From Octopus sinensis (Eukaryota), in NCBI RefSeq assembly GCF_006345805.1, contig NW_021831853.1:14436-78435 (forward strand): a stretch of 64,000 nucleotides of DNA, read 5' to 3'. Every line of letters begins with the position of its first letter. The first letter of the stretch is position 1. A program made the position numbers and the translations under genes. This document shows, one piece after another, positions 1 through 12,287 of the stretch. The notes beneath the pieces were generated by a model. The model ran no database searches. It was not told where the DNA came from and saw nothing but the letters and a program-made list of their open reading frames with translations.

Positions 1-1015
1 GACTGCAGTTCAGTCATGGAGACGAGTTGCGAGAAAGTGTGCCTCACAAACGGCGACCACACCTGTTCACCGTCGTCTACGTAGAACCTGAGATGTTGCA
101 GTCTCAGCGCGTGTCTGCGCATCATCAACCACGGCATGTCCAGTCCTCCTTTTAACGGGTGTTGACAGCAAATGGATCGCCTGACCATCGGGACGCATCC
201 TTTCCACAAGAAGCGTGGAAGTTTGGTGATGGTAGGGTCGGGACAAGGCACAGCGGTCAGGCAGTAGTAGATGACGAACGCGATGTACATGTTCGCCACC
301 TCCGCCCGACCTTTTAGGGACAGTTTCCTCTCGGCCCATTGCCGGGCGAGAGTGACCACCCTACTCGTTATCTCGTTCCAGTTCTTCTCCATTTGGAGGT
401 CCAGACCAAACCAGACCCCGAGCAACTCGACCGGACCGTCGGTCCAGCGTCCCACGACGGAGGCACTGGTGGACGGCATGGGCTTGCTTCTCCACGTGCC
501 GAACCGCAAGCCCCCTGACTTTTCCCGATTGATTTTCGCTCCTGCCACCGCTTCGTAGTCTTTCAGTGTCTCGCAGACCAGCTCGATGTGCTCGTGGTTA
601 GATACTATGACGGTGACGTCGTCCGCGTATGCTGACACGCTTGTCCCGCATCCTAATTCTCGCGGGATGCCCCTCAGTGTTGCCAGCTTCCGCAATAATG
701 GCTCGAGAGTCAATACGTAGAGAAGCGACGAGAGGGGGCATCCCTGACGGACCGAACGTGCAATGTCGAAAGGTCTCGATAGATGTCCATTTACGCGAAT
801 TACCGAACGGATACCTCTACAAAGCGGCTATCCAGTCGCGGAAGACGGGACCGAAACCAGCCGCTCTGAGGACAGCCTCCAAGTATCGATGGTCTACCCT
901 ATCGAAAGTTTTCGACTGATCCAAATTGATCAGGGCCCCACCCATGCCAGGTTCCTTAACTACCCTGTCTATGATGTAGCGCATCAGATGGAGGTTGTCA
1001 TGGATGCTCCGGCCC

Positions 1016-1016
<1 letters not shown>
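1..1016 (-). mobile_element. Tx1/L1-clade non-LTR retrotransposon, reverse transcriptase relic (5'-truncated, runs off the window)
   Basis: Minus-strand translation GRSIHDNLHLMRYII..LDQSKTFDRVDH..(frameshift near 817)..RSVRQGCPLSSLLYVL..SAYADDVTV (YADD 618-629)..GAKINREKS..LSLKGRAEV; GC-rich compared with its flanks. Confidence 0.9.

Positions 1017-1098
<82 letters not shown>
1016..1098. repeat. (GATA)n microsatellite abutting the Tx1 5' truncation point
   Basis: Direct reading. Confidence 0.95.
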
Positions 1099-1099
<1 letters not shown>

Positions 1100-1289
1100 G
1101 GATGGACAGACTGGAGCAAACAAAGAAACAGATTGGCAGACAGGTAGACAAACAGACTGACTGATAGCTAACTTATTCGTAGCCCGCTGGCTTTTCGCAA
1201 CATCACTGGCTGCTTGGCCTCTTGCTTCAGCCATTGGACTGCAGTAATGCTGAGGCACCGTTCTGAAGGATTTAGTCAAACAAATCGAT

Positions 1290-1470
1290 CGCAGTAGTAC
1301 TTATTTTATTTTTAAAGTCTGCTACTTATTTTATCGGTTTCTTTTGCCGAACCACTCACAGATTATTGGCCGACCGGGGACTACGATAGAAGACACTTAT
1401 CCAAGATGCCGTGCCGTAGGACTGAAGCCAAAACCATGTGATTGAAAAGTTAGCTCCTTAACCCTACAGT
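1290..1470 (-). mobile_element. Decayed SINE family A fragment
   Basis: Similar to intact family A copies (acttattttatcggtttcttttgccgaacc; agacacttatccaagatgcc..ggactgaagcc). Confidence 0.6.
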
Positions 1471-1559
1471 AATTTTCTTCCCTATCTCAATATACACTAG
1501 TTAATCAACTGTGAATCAAACATTGTTTGATTATATCATTAACAAGTTCTTCATTAACT

Positions 1560-2150
1560 GATTAAATGAAACCAACTTCCTTAGTGGCATACCTAATGAG
1601 TTTTCGGCTTTCCGGCTCAACTTTATCACAGTCTGATACATAACTCATAGGCCACATATGCACTGCATAGCCTCGTTGATGGTTATGTTATTGTCTGAGA
1701 CATTCCTGCAATAACTGACAAGGTAAGGCATAGAGGATTGCTTCAGAAACTGACCTCCTATGGTATATCGAACCAAATCTTTTCTACCGTTAAATCATTC
1801 CTGGTGAAGAAATGCCTGAACGTTGAAATCAGTAAACAGTTATTCCCTGACATTTATCAAATCAATGAATGCAGGTATACTCCAAGGATCTGTTCTGAGA
1901 CGTAAACTCTTTCTTTCGTTTATAAATCATTTAATACCTGAGAAACTATTCTGGTCTTTACTCATCTCCAAGAACCACACACTTGAATCAAGGAGAAATA
2001 TCTTTTAAGTAATCAATTTGGGATCGAGCCATGGATAATCACATTAACATTTAGTACTACAAAAACTGACCTCACATCTTTACACCACAAACATTAAATG
2101 GCAGTTACAATAATGGACTCGTTCTGCTGTTTGAAAATGTTCTAAACACC
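1560..2150 (+). mobile_element. CR1/Jockey-group LINE RT relic
   Basis: DIPAITDKVRHRGLLQKLTSYGI..VKSFL and AGILQGSVL..LFLSFINHL resemble DISKAFDKVWH..GLLxKL and GVPQGSVLGPxLFLxFINDL; many lesions. Confidence 0.65.
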
Positions 2151-2299
2151 TGTATTTTTATTGCATTCCTACAAGTGCCAGATGGGATACTGCTCGCCTA
2201 TTTGTGCTAAATGAAATTGTATTTGTGTTACCTGGAATTATATTTGTGCTACCCGTCTCATCGAATTAAATTTTTTTATTTATTTATTCTGCAGAACAA

Positions 2300-2460
2300 T
2301 GATCTTTATGTTGTGGGTTCAAATCCCGCTGAGGTCAACTTCACCTTTCGTCCTTCCGACATCGATAAAATAAAGTCCTAATCAAGTATTGCGATCAACG
2401 CAATCGATTAAACCCTTACCTTCAACATTGCTGGCGCTGTGTCTAAATTAGAAACGATTC
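2300..2460 (+). mobile_element. Decayed SINE family B
   Basis: gggttcaaatcccgctgaggtcaacttcacctttcgtccttccgacatcgataaaa matches the family B core. Confidence 0.65.
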
Positions 2461-3959
2461 TTCCTCCCCTTCGTCACCTTCCTCTTCTCCTCTTTCTTCT
2501 TTTCTTCTTTTTTCTCGTCTTCTTTGTGCTTTTCTTCTTTTACTTCGTCCTTTTCTACGTTCTCTTTTTTTCTTTATTCCTCCTCTGCTCTTTCTTCTTT
2601 TATTCCACCTGTCCTTCGTTTCCTTAACGATCACGCCACAACGTAAGATTTTGTTGCGCATTTAACACTAGCCAATCCACTTTCGCCATTAGTCCCTGTC
2701 CGCACCAAGACCAGTAGCTTCATTAAATCAAACTTTGCATCTGGCTAGATCCTCATTAGTTTATAAACCTTCAGACGTCCTTGTATGAGCCGCTTTAATC
2801 ATTCTAGAAACCCAGATATATAGTTATATTAATTAAAAGTTTATGTTCTCAGAGTAGATGGGTAGTTCGGTAAAGCCACGAAAAAAACTGCTTACGTGTG
2901 TGTGTGTGTGTGTGTGTGTGTGTATTATGCCTTTGTAAATAACGATATCATTGGACATTACTTGTTGCCGTTTAGCAGTAGATCTGCTCTTATTGCATTA
3001 TCTTTTGATGAAAGGCGCTTCCCGTAGTGACCATCCCGTCTTTTTTTTTTCTTTGTATATCAGGGACTAAACTGTCTGATGTGTCTTTCCGTTTTTGTAG
3101 ATATATTAAAAAAAAAAAAAAGACACGCGGATGTATTGAAGGAAGATTTAGTTGCTTAATCATTGTAAAAGAGTTTTACCACCGACACAGTGCCAGCCAC
3201 CGCGACCGATACCACCAGCATCACCGACCACCACCGCCCCCCCACCACCACCACCGCACCGCCGCCACCACCACCACCGCCAGCACCACCACCACCACCA
3301 CCACTACCCTCCAGCTACAGCAGTAATGAGCAAATCCACTGATGAAAAAAGGGTTCTAGTTAAATGATAAAGATAAAAAAATGAACGTCTTCCAAGTTTG
3401 AGAAGAAAAATAAAAGGACTCTTCAAAGCCATAGATCAAAGAAAAGCTGACCAAACTCGAAGAATAAGGGAACAATTTATTTACAGATATCGAAATACAG
3501 TGTATATCAGAAGAAAACAGAAATATCTATGCATATGTGTATAATACACAAACACATTATAAATAACGTTTGTGTGAGTGTGTGCCTGCGTGTGTGTGTG
3601 TGTGTGAATTAATTGAATGACAAGGAACAAGAAGGGATTACGTAATCAACCTTGTTAAGTTACAACTGTTTCTTCTATAAGCTGTGCATCGTCCGTCTTA
3701 TAGCGACTTCGGAATCTTTAATATAAAGCGTGTGCGTTTATTTCGAAAAGTATTTTAGTATATAGAAAAGGTTACCCTTCGAAATGGTAAATATATATAT
3801 TTGTATTTATCATATTGAAAGTAACTTGTTTGCTTGTCATTCAATTAATTTATATCATGTTCCTGTAACTTGACTAATGCATCATTTTGATACATATGTA
3901 TAATGGAATTCTAACATGTACTTTCCTCTTTGGCCAAGCCCTCATCGACTTTTCAAGTT

Positions 3960-4342
3960 CCACTTGAAAAGGAAAGAGAGAGTAGAGAAGGAGGTTCTGT
4001 CCCCCCACCCCCAATAAATTTGTTGAAAGGTGGGTGCTTGTAGTGAGAATGGCCCGTGTAAATGGGCCTACTCTGAACTTTTGTTTGTAAACCGGAGGAA
4101 TTGAGGAGGAGAGAGGCGCCCGCTGAGGTACATCTGACGGTCAGTATAACCGGAATGTGTGGGGTTCCTCGGTTGTCCTTGCGAGGACTCCCCACTTTTG
4201 GGAAATTTCATTGCTCAATTGGATTGTTAATTGTCATAGTTATTGTATTGTTTACTCGATTTTTGTGTTAATCCGTACGTGTCCTCAGTTTTGTATTGTC
4301 CCTATTTGTTTTGTTTTCGGCCCTTGTGACCAATAAAAAAGG

Positions 4343-4345
<3 letters not shown>
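3960..4345 (+). mobile_element. Probable 3' UTR of a non-LTR element
   Basis: GC-richer block, T-rich stretch, then ccttgtgaccAATAAA followed by a (TTA)n tail. Confidence 0.35.
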
Positions 4346-4412
<67 letters not shown>

Positions 4413-4599
4413 TTTATTTATTTCCAAGATCTAATTGAAACGATGTAATTTTAATTGTAAGGGCACCAAGTTAAGGTCGGGAATAACATATCCGAGTATC
4501 AACAGTATATATGGAAACTCGCGCATATATTAATATTTATACAGATAAACTCTGTTGCCTTGAAAAGTATATAAAAATGGAAAGTTTCGGGCCGAAATA

Positions 4600-5600
4600 A
4601 ACCACTTCGACCTTGTAAACCACGGATTGATTTAAAGGACCATAAATATAACTTTAGAGACAGCTTATTTGTCCGGCTTATCTGCCCAACATGATCTGAC
4701 ATTGTACGATTGAGCAGAACCTTTTTAGACAATATTATTCCTTATTTAATCCCAATTTTATCATTCATATTATGGTCCAGTACAAGTGAAGTCATACACT
4801 GGTTTTCCTCTATAAGTAATAAGTGTAAGTACTCCTTTTTACAATTTGATATAAACTCATATTACTCCAGCATATCTCCAATCTTTTGAATAAGGCCCTT
4901 ATATTTGCTAGAGATAATTCTCTACTCTCTACGGGTCAAATATATATCATTTTGTTAGCTACACGAACTGTTATAGAATTCGAGGTAAGTTGTGGATTAG
5001 GTGTGATACCTCGGATAATTTTGATATAACAATGGAATCCAGTGACCCTGTCCAAGCCACTGATCTCATTGGTATATGTCTCCTGCAATACCTCAATGAT
5101 TATCTCCAAAACTACATGGTGGTATCGAAAAAACTATGAAGAATTTCTTTAAAAATAACAACATAGAAATAATTTTGAACATAAAGCAAAAGCTGCTAAT
5201 TTCCTTGTTGCAACCTGGACCTTAAATTGGGCTTATATTACCCTAATAGAAAACTTTCGGCGGTCACTACCTATATAAACTGCTTATCTAACCACCCCAG
5301 TTGCATAATTAAGTTTCTAATAACGCGTATTTCGACTTGAATTTCGCAACTTTCTACTTGTGTAGGAATATTCAATGCATATGCCCACATCGAAACAGAT
5401 GACGTATTGACTACATAATCTGGTATAAGCCACCTTGAAATTTTGCAGCCACTACTAAGATCTCCGAAAGTTTGTTTAGTTTATTAGAAAAAAATTACCC
5501 CCTTCTAACAAGTACCACCAAATATTTTATAAATGGAAAATTAGTGTTTCTTACACAACCCTTCCTCATCCAGGGACAATAATGGCAGGTTTTAATAGGC
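4600..5600 (+). mobile_element. Penelope-like element RT relic, Naiad-type motifs
   Basis: LWSSTSEVIHWF..FLQFDINSYYSSIS..LLNKALIFA; FDITMESSDPVQATDLIGICLL (cf. FDVTMGSYDGAExCELVG); YINCLSNHPSCIIK; IIWYKPP; KISVSYTTLPHPGTIMAGFN; several frameshifts and stops. Confidence 0.75.
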
Positions 5601-5837
5601 GTAATATTATGTTAGCCGGGAATCATTATCCGAATGGATTAATTGGGAACAGAAGCATTGGGTCAATTACTCGTACAGTTTATACAGTCCTAAACTGTAA
5701 TAATAATAATAATAATAATAATAATTCGCAGGATTCTTGAAGCATGATTGTAAATAAGTGTCACCTTAGTCTGCTGGCTGTGGACAGCTGACATCTTCCA
5801 TCATACCCATCAAAATAAGCTGTGAGTTTTCATCACA

Positions 5838-5878
<41 letters not shown>

Positions 5879-5890
5879 TACTACTACTAC

Positions 5891-5927
<37 letters not shown>

Positions 5928-5928
<1 letters not shown>

Positions 5929-6141
5929 GTTTCAAATTTTGATACAAGATCAGTGAGTTCGGGGTGGGGATTAAGTCGATTACATCAACCCCAGTATTCA
6001 ACTGGTACTTATTCTATCGACCCTGAAAGGATGAAAGGCAAAATCGACCTTAGCAGAATTTGAACTTAGAAAGTAACGATGGGTGAGATGCCATTAAGCA
6101 TTTTGCTCGGCGTGCTAACGATTCTACCAGCACGGCGCCCT
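5928..6141 (-). mobile_element. SINE family B
   Basis: ttaagtcgattacatcaaccccagt..tcgaccctgaaaggatgaaaggcaaaatcgacc..tttgaact core. Confidence 0.85.
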
Positions 6142-6154
6142 AATAACAATAGTA

Positions 6155-6528
6155 ACAAGAGCACTCAGAGAGCGCAAACCTCCGCCAAGGCAACACCAAA
6201 TTCCTCTCAACGATTAGTCAGAGATGATTTTTAAAATGAGAATATCTGAAATAAACTCGACTGCACTAACAAACGAGAATACTAAAAGTGAACCCGACCG
6301 CTCGCAAAAATTAAATTTAAAAAAGCAGGAAAAATAATCCAGAATCCTTGTCCGGTACCGGATCGATTCGAAAGTCTAATCACTTCGTGCCGGTCACGAG
6401 GCCAAACATCCCTGAAAGTTTCATCCGAATCCATCCAGTGGTTCTTGATATATCTCGTCCAAGGACAAACAAACAAACAAACACGACTGAAAACAGCACC
6501 TCCGTCTTAGCGAAGGCGGAGGTAATAA
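6155..6528 (-). mobile_element. Helentron-associated non-autonomous element (DINE-1/HINE-like)
   Basis: Subterminal inverted repeat acctccgcc (6178-6186)/ggcggaggt (6515-6523), short terminal hairpin, internal (CAAA)n; second copy at 38439-38641. Confidence 0.6.
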
Positions 6529-6794
6529 TAGCCGATATAAAGGCTGGTTGGTCGGTTGGTTGGTTCGTTAATATCTCCAACACACTTTGCATCGTATAAA
6601 AAGAGGAAAAGAGAGGAAGATACAGAGAGTGTTATCATAAGAAATACAGAATGAGTGTCTTTAAACTTTCTGAAAAATACAAATTTTTTGAAAATGGAAT
6701 TTTCCGAGATAGACTTTTTTATTAAGGAGACTGTAGATTATGTTGACAAAATTTATAAAAACAACAGCATATATTTATAGCAAATATAGACACA

Positions 6795-7150
6795 GGCGTG
6801 GCTGTGTGGTAAGTAGCTTGCTTCCCAATCACAAGGTTCCTGGTTCACTCCTATTACATGGCACATTGGGCAAGTGACTTTTGTTATAGCCTCGGGCTGA
6901 CCAAAGCATTGTGAATGGATTTGGTAAACGGAAACTGAAAGAAGCCTGTCATATATGTACATATGTATATGTGTTTTCGTGTCTGTGTTTGTCTCTCCAT
7001 CATCGTTTGACAACTGGTGTTGATCTGTTTACGCCCACGTAACTTAGCGGTTCGGAAAAGAGACCGATAGAATAAATTGTTCGACAAAACACTTCGATGT
7101 GGTGCTTCAGCATAGCTGCAGTCAAATGACTGAAACAAGTAAAATAATAA
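6795..7150 (+). mobile_element. SINE family A (tRNA head, internal microsatellite linker, CR1-like tail)
   Basis: ggcgtggctgtgtggtaag..ggttcactcc head; cttagcggttcgg body; cagtcaaatgactgaaacaagt tail. Confidence 0.9.
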
Positions 7151-7283
7151 ACGAACAAAAGAAATAAGAAATTTGTTGAATTTCATTTAATTTGAAGGTG
7201 ATAAATATTTTCTTTTGAAAATTGGTGTTCATTTTATCATTTTGTACAAACACCAATGAATCTGATAAAACTTAGATAATTAG

Positions 7284-7718
7284 GATCTTTTCGGTTTGAA
7301 CAGCAGTTTTTTCAAGCGGTGTCATATGAGATTGTCACCCATAATTATGACCCTAGTATCGATCTATTGCATTTCAATCTCTTTTAGGGTTAGGGTTAGA
7401 GTTAACGTTAGTTAGGGTTAGGGGTGGGGGAAGGGTATCTTTTTTTCTTCAGAAATGTAAATAAACCCAATCTGTTTCTTAAACGAGGGACATTTTCATA
7501 CGGCACAGAATGTTTTCACCTCAATAGACGTCAGTGATTGGTTGAAATTGCAGAAATTGAAGAAAAAAAACAACAACAAATATCTTACTATAGAATTTTC
7601 TCAATAAAGCCAAGAGAAAAAGATGATTTATAAACACATTCTACCAGTATACGAAGTTTAAAAGTGTTTAGTTACGTGGAAATTATTTTAATAAACTGCC
7701 GTTCAAACCGAAAAGATC
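7284..7718. mobile_element. MITE with ~28-bp TIRs and internal TTAGGG-like repeats
   Basis: gatcttttcggtttgaacagcagttt at the left and aaactgccgttcaaaccgaaaagatc at the right; taatta on both flanks; ttagggttagggttag at 7384-7424. Confidence 0.75.
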
Positions 7719-7937
7719 GATAATTATTATAAGTATGCTAATATTTCTGACATTACTCACAGAGGCAAAAGTATACATCCAAAGTTAGCCATTATATGTC
7801 GGGTAATAGTCACATATATAATAAGCGTTAAAAACCCAGCAATTCCATGTCTCCCTGTCCCGTCATTCCAAAAAAAAAAAAAAAAATAGAAAACATATCC
7901 AACTGATACGACTAGGTTGGTTGGCAGCAACCAATAA

Positions 7938-8374
7938 GTCGGTCAATCTACATCAAAACAGAAAATTAATGTTATAAACACACGCCAAATCCGGTACGGG
8001 ACAATGACACCGCTTCGATAATCTCTGAAATGCTTATTTAGACGAACAAGAAGATCAAAGTGAACCGCCCAGATATCATAATTAACGATTTTTTAAAGAA
8101 AACCCATACAATCTAATGCATAGCTTTATCTCTTCCGGCCAAAACGTCTCCCGGAAGGAAGTCGAAAAGCTATCAAAATATAAATAGTATGAGATCTGAA
8201 AACAGAAAGTAAAAATTGTACCAATAAGACATTGGTAGACTGGGTATGGTTAAAAGAGGAAGATGAACAAAAGAATAATCGTCACATAACCTTATACACA
8301 GTCTTGTACATGCGGGTGATCGATTTAATTGACTGTGCCGTCTCTGAAAATTAGAGCTCTTGAATTTATGCTAA
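7938..8374 (+). mobile_element. R4/Dong-type LINE 3' relic (restriction-like endonuclease)
   Basis: YKHTP..TNKKIKVNRPDIIIND..NVSRKEVEKLSKYK..IVPI..IGRLGMVKRG, ending in a TAA/TGA array. Confidence 0.75.
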
Positions 8375-8376
8375 TA

Positions 8377-8414
<38 letters not shown>

Positions 8415-8444
8415 AATGATAACAACAACAACAACAACAACAAC

Positions 8445-8510
<66 letters not shown>

Positions 8511-8690
8511 GATGATGAGAAGGAGGAGGAGGAGGAGGATGATAATGATGATGATGGTGACGACGACGACGACGACGACTACTGCAAGGATGATGAGGAT
8601 GATGATCATGATGATCATGATGATGACGACAACGACGACGACAAAGATGATGATGATGATGATGATAACAGTGATAACAACGTAGTCGAC
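8374..8690. repeat. Compound in-phase trinucleotide array (GAT/AAC/AAT/GAG/GAC)
   Basis: Direct reading. Confidence 0.95.
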
Positions 8691-9707
8691 GACAATATTG
8701 GGTGTAATGAAAGCAAATGATTTCTTTTATTTGCCATGGAGGCATCTGATGAGGTGCACAATTTGCTTGGTGGAAGAGGTGAGGCTTATATAAAAATATA
8801 AGAGAGTAAGAATGAGAAATGACGAGGACGAGATGAGATAAAACGTATGTAAACACACGGGTGTTACTGTCCTGATTCAGGAACACCTTTACTAAAGCCA
8901 GTCAAGGAACTCCACTGATCCAGGATCAACTTAGTTTTCAAGAGCATAAGCACACGCTCAACTATTATGTAGAGCTCTTGTCCTTGATCTTGCCAGGATC
9001 TATGTTGCTTCCAGTTGGTCCTACGTAGCTGTTCATCTACTAGAACGTCTCATTATATGCCTAAAGTGCTCCTTTCTATGCCTGTTTTTCGAACTGGTTT
9101 GACTAACCCTTATCACTTATGTAATTTTCTTTGTTTTATTACTTTATCCATCTCTCTTCGGATAAAATAAATAAATAAATATACTATACCACGGGGGGGG
9201 GGGCAAGTTTAAAGAAGCTATGTCTAATTATTTAAAATAAAGAACTTATTTGAAGAGATAGAAGAGTCATAGACGAAACAAAATATATTTTGTCGAACTA
9301 ACAACTATGAACTAAATGTTTAAATCATTATGATAATCATTAAAGACACCCCTCTACCAACACTCTTGTGGTCAATGGAAAGTAAATCCCCACGATCTAT
9401 AATGGATTAGCTGAAAATATTAGTAACAACGAGTCTGGGAGCAGCTCTGGACGTCAACGAGGAAAATCTAGAGGATTTTCAAGTTGGATATTATAGGTAA
9501 TGTTCAAAAGTGATTGGCCTGGAAATACCACAGTGAAGTGAGGGAATATGCTTCGATTGGAGTAAATCTGTAGGCATGGCCGTACAGGAAGTAACAGCAG
9601 TCGAAGATGTTCGAGATGTGCACGGGGTGACGAAACCGCCAGGTACGCTTTCATTCAATGGCGTTTGTGTTGCAAATTCGTGTTTTTAAGTGCATGTATG
9701 GCAGTGA

Positions 9708-10039
9708 AGGGGCATGGCTCAGTGGTTAGAGTGTCGGGCTCCCAATCATGTGGTCGTGAGTTCGATTCCTGGTCCGGGCTATGTGTTGTGTTCTTGAGCA
9801 AGACACTTTATTTCACGTTGCTCCAGTTCACTCAGCTGTAGAAATGAGTTGTGACGCCACTGGTGCCAAGCTGTGTCGGTCTTTGCCTATCCCTAGGATA
9901 ATATCAGTGACATGGAGAGGGGAGGCTGGTATGCATGGGCGATTGCTGGTCTTCCATAAACAAACTTGCCCGGACTTGTGCCTCAGAGGGAAACTTTCTG
10001 GGTGCAATCCCACGGTCATTCATGGGCAAAGGGGGTCTT
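9708..10039 (+). mobile_element. SINE, tRNA head + body P + tail W
   Basis: ggcatggctcagtggttagagtg..gagttcgattcc; cacgttgctccagttcactcagctg; ends gggggtct; second copy at 15114-15442. Confidence 0.9.
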
Positions 10040-10043
10040 TACC

Positions 10044-10445
10044 CATGGCTGCGTAGTGAAGAAGTCCGTTTTGAAACTACATGATTTCGGGTTCACTCCC
10101 ACATCGTGACACCTTGGGCAAGTGTCTTGTACAATAGCCCCAAGTGAGTGAATTTGGTATTGCAAACTGTGTGGAAGCCCATCGTATATGTATGAATGAA
10201 CGTACGTACGTATGTATGTAAGTGTGTATGTGTGTGTGTTTTGTATTTGTGTATGATCCCTGCCCACCGCTGGACAGCAGGTGTTAGTTTGTTTCTGTCC
10301 CCGTAACTTAGTGGCTCGACAAAAGTGACCGAGAGAATAAGTACTAGACTTAAAAGTAAGTCGATTCATTCGATTAAACCTTTAAAGGCTCTGCCCCAGC
10401 TTGGCCGCAGTACACTGACAGAAAGAAGTAAAAGATAAAAAGATT
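10044..10445 (+). mobile_element. SINE family A (diverged)
   Basis: Same head, linker and tail architecture as 6795-7150. Confidence 0.8.
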
Positions 10446-10774
10446 ATAAGCGCGAGAGACGGGTCCTGGCAGCAGTTGAGTACGATATCGTGACGATCAA
10501 AGTATCATTTTTCTTTAGCAAGAAAGAGTGGGCAATGTTCCTCGTCTTCTTCTGTCAGATCACAATATTGAAGGAAGAGGTATAGTGGATGCTGTTCGAA
10601 GGGTTGACGACAGAGCTATTGTTTCCAGGACTAGCACTCCTCATCTTCAAGTATCACTTGAGGGAGGTGAGGGTAGAAAAAGAGGTCCTGCTCTTCAGTA
10701 AAGTTTAAGAATGTGGGTAAAAGTAGAGAAATTGGCATAGCTAAACAAATATATAACAGAGACAAAAACAGGTA

Positions 10775-11150
10775 CCGTAAATCCTCGAGTATAATCCGCA
10801 TTTTCCCCACCAAAATTTAAAGGTCAAAATCCCTAGTGCGTACTATATACGAGGTTAAAAAGGAAAATTATTTTCTAAGCAATGTCGGAGTCTCTATTTG
10901 CAGTCCGGCAAATATTTCTTTATTTTCTGCAAACAAAATGCTCAAAAAAATGCTACACGTTTGCATTATGTTATATATACAAAAATAATAAAGGATAATA
11001 CCGTATACATTTTTATGTTATATAAACCTCCTTGACTCAAGTTTGAGAAGGGGTGCGTATTATACACAAGGTTTAGGTTTTTCAGGTACATCCCCCTAAA
11101 AATTCCCTGCGTATTATACTCAAGGACGGACTATACTCGAGGATTTACGG
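10775..11150. mobile_element. pogo/Tigger-like MITE with TA target-site duplication
   Basis: TA|ccgtaaatcctcgagtataatccg ... cggactatactcgaggatttacgg|TA. Confidence 0.85.
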
Positions 11151-11413
11151 TATGTTAAATACCATACGATATAAATTGCTAATTTATTAAAATTATTACC
11201 ACCTCTAGATGTATCATAGCTACTAAATGGCAATTAAGATCAGTTCCACATGACAAGGGGAGATAATCTCAAGAATCGGGAATTCTTAAAAATTGATATA
11301 CCATTAAGGAAAAGTACTGGCTTGTCTGGAGTCGTGGACAATATGTTTCTGGCTCAATGGCCTCATCAGCACAATTGTTTGACTTTGTCTCCAGTAGCTA
11401 AATAACTTAGACT

Positions 11414-11677
11414 TATCACGTGACCGACCAGGCTATCAGATGTTGTTACATATCGCTTGTCACAATGCGTTTTTGCATTGTTTTAGCTTTCAAATGATGT
11501 CACCCCGCTGGCTAGGCGAGCAGGCCAACATTCCTCCCTGATCGAAAGTGGGGACTAGAGCAACGTGAAATGAAGAAGTTTTCCTCAAGAACACAATGCG
11601 CTGCCCAGTCAGAGAATCGAAACCACGATCTAGCGATCGTGAGTCCAACAGCCTAACCACGAGGCCACGCGCCTTCA
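11414..11677 (-). mobile_element. SINE, tRNA head + body P + tail Z (RTE-like 3' end)
   Basis: Head gaaggcgcgtggcctcgtggttagg; cacgttgctctagt; ends gcctggtcggtcacgtgata. Confidence 0.85.
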
Positions 11678-12045
11678 CTAACTCAGACTTATACAAAAAG
11701 AAATAGAATACATTTATGGCCTAAATATTTTGTTGTTGGATAGCAGTAGGAACTGGGAGAAGGTATTAGCCTTTGATGTGGTTTTGCAATAATGATGTGG
11801 TGAGCAATAAGGTACCCTATGTAGTTAACCCTCCCTTTGAAGGTTTCCCGTTTATGTTTTGCGGTTCTGTAATGTAACGGTTATTTATTATTAGCTGTTT
11901 GTTAATATTTCTTTTTATATTCATCCTTTTATTCAATGTAGATAGCTCGTTGGTTGCTTTTCTGCTAAGTTACAGAGGGACGTAAGCACACTAACACAGG
12001 TTGTTAAGCAATGGTGGGGGACAAACAGACACAAAGAGCACCTCC

Positions 12046-12104
<59 letters not shown>

Positions 12105-12287
12105 CAAGCCGGAGGAAATGCAGCGAAGCCTTTTGCTCGATGGGCTAACGATCCTAACAGCTCGATGCTTTGTACGAGTTAAATATTTGAATCGATTTCT
12201 TAGTCTGTCAAAAACAGAAAATATATGATATTGTTTCGTTTTTGGATTTGGTTTGCAAGATTCTTTATATGAGTTCATGTGTTGAAG

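Noticed and set aside
7384-7424. TTAGGG repeats as a telomere or fusion scar
   Set aside because: Only a few degenerate units, enclosed within MITE TIRs.
8746-8790. CTGATGAG as a hammerhead core
   Set aside because: No helix II or GAAA-UH downstream.
9708-9775. tRNA-like sequences with A and B boxes (here and at other SINE heads)
   Set aside because: They continue directly into SINE bodies and do not form complete cloverleafs; not tRNA genes.
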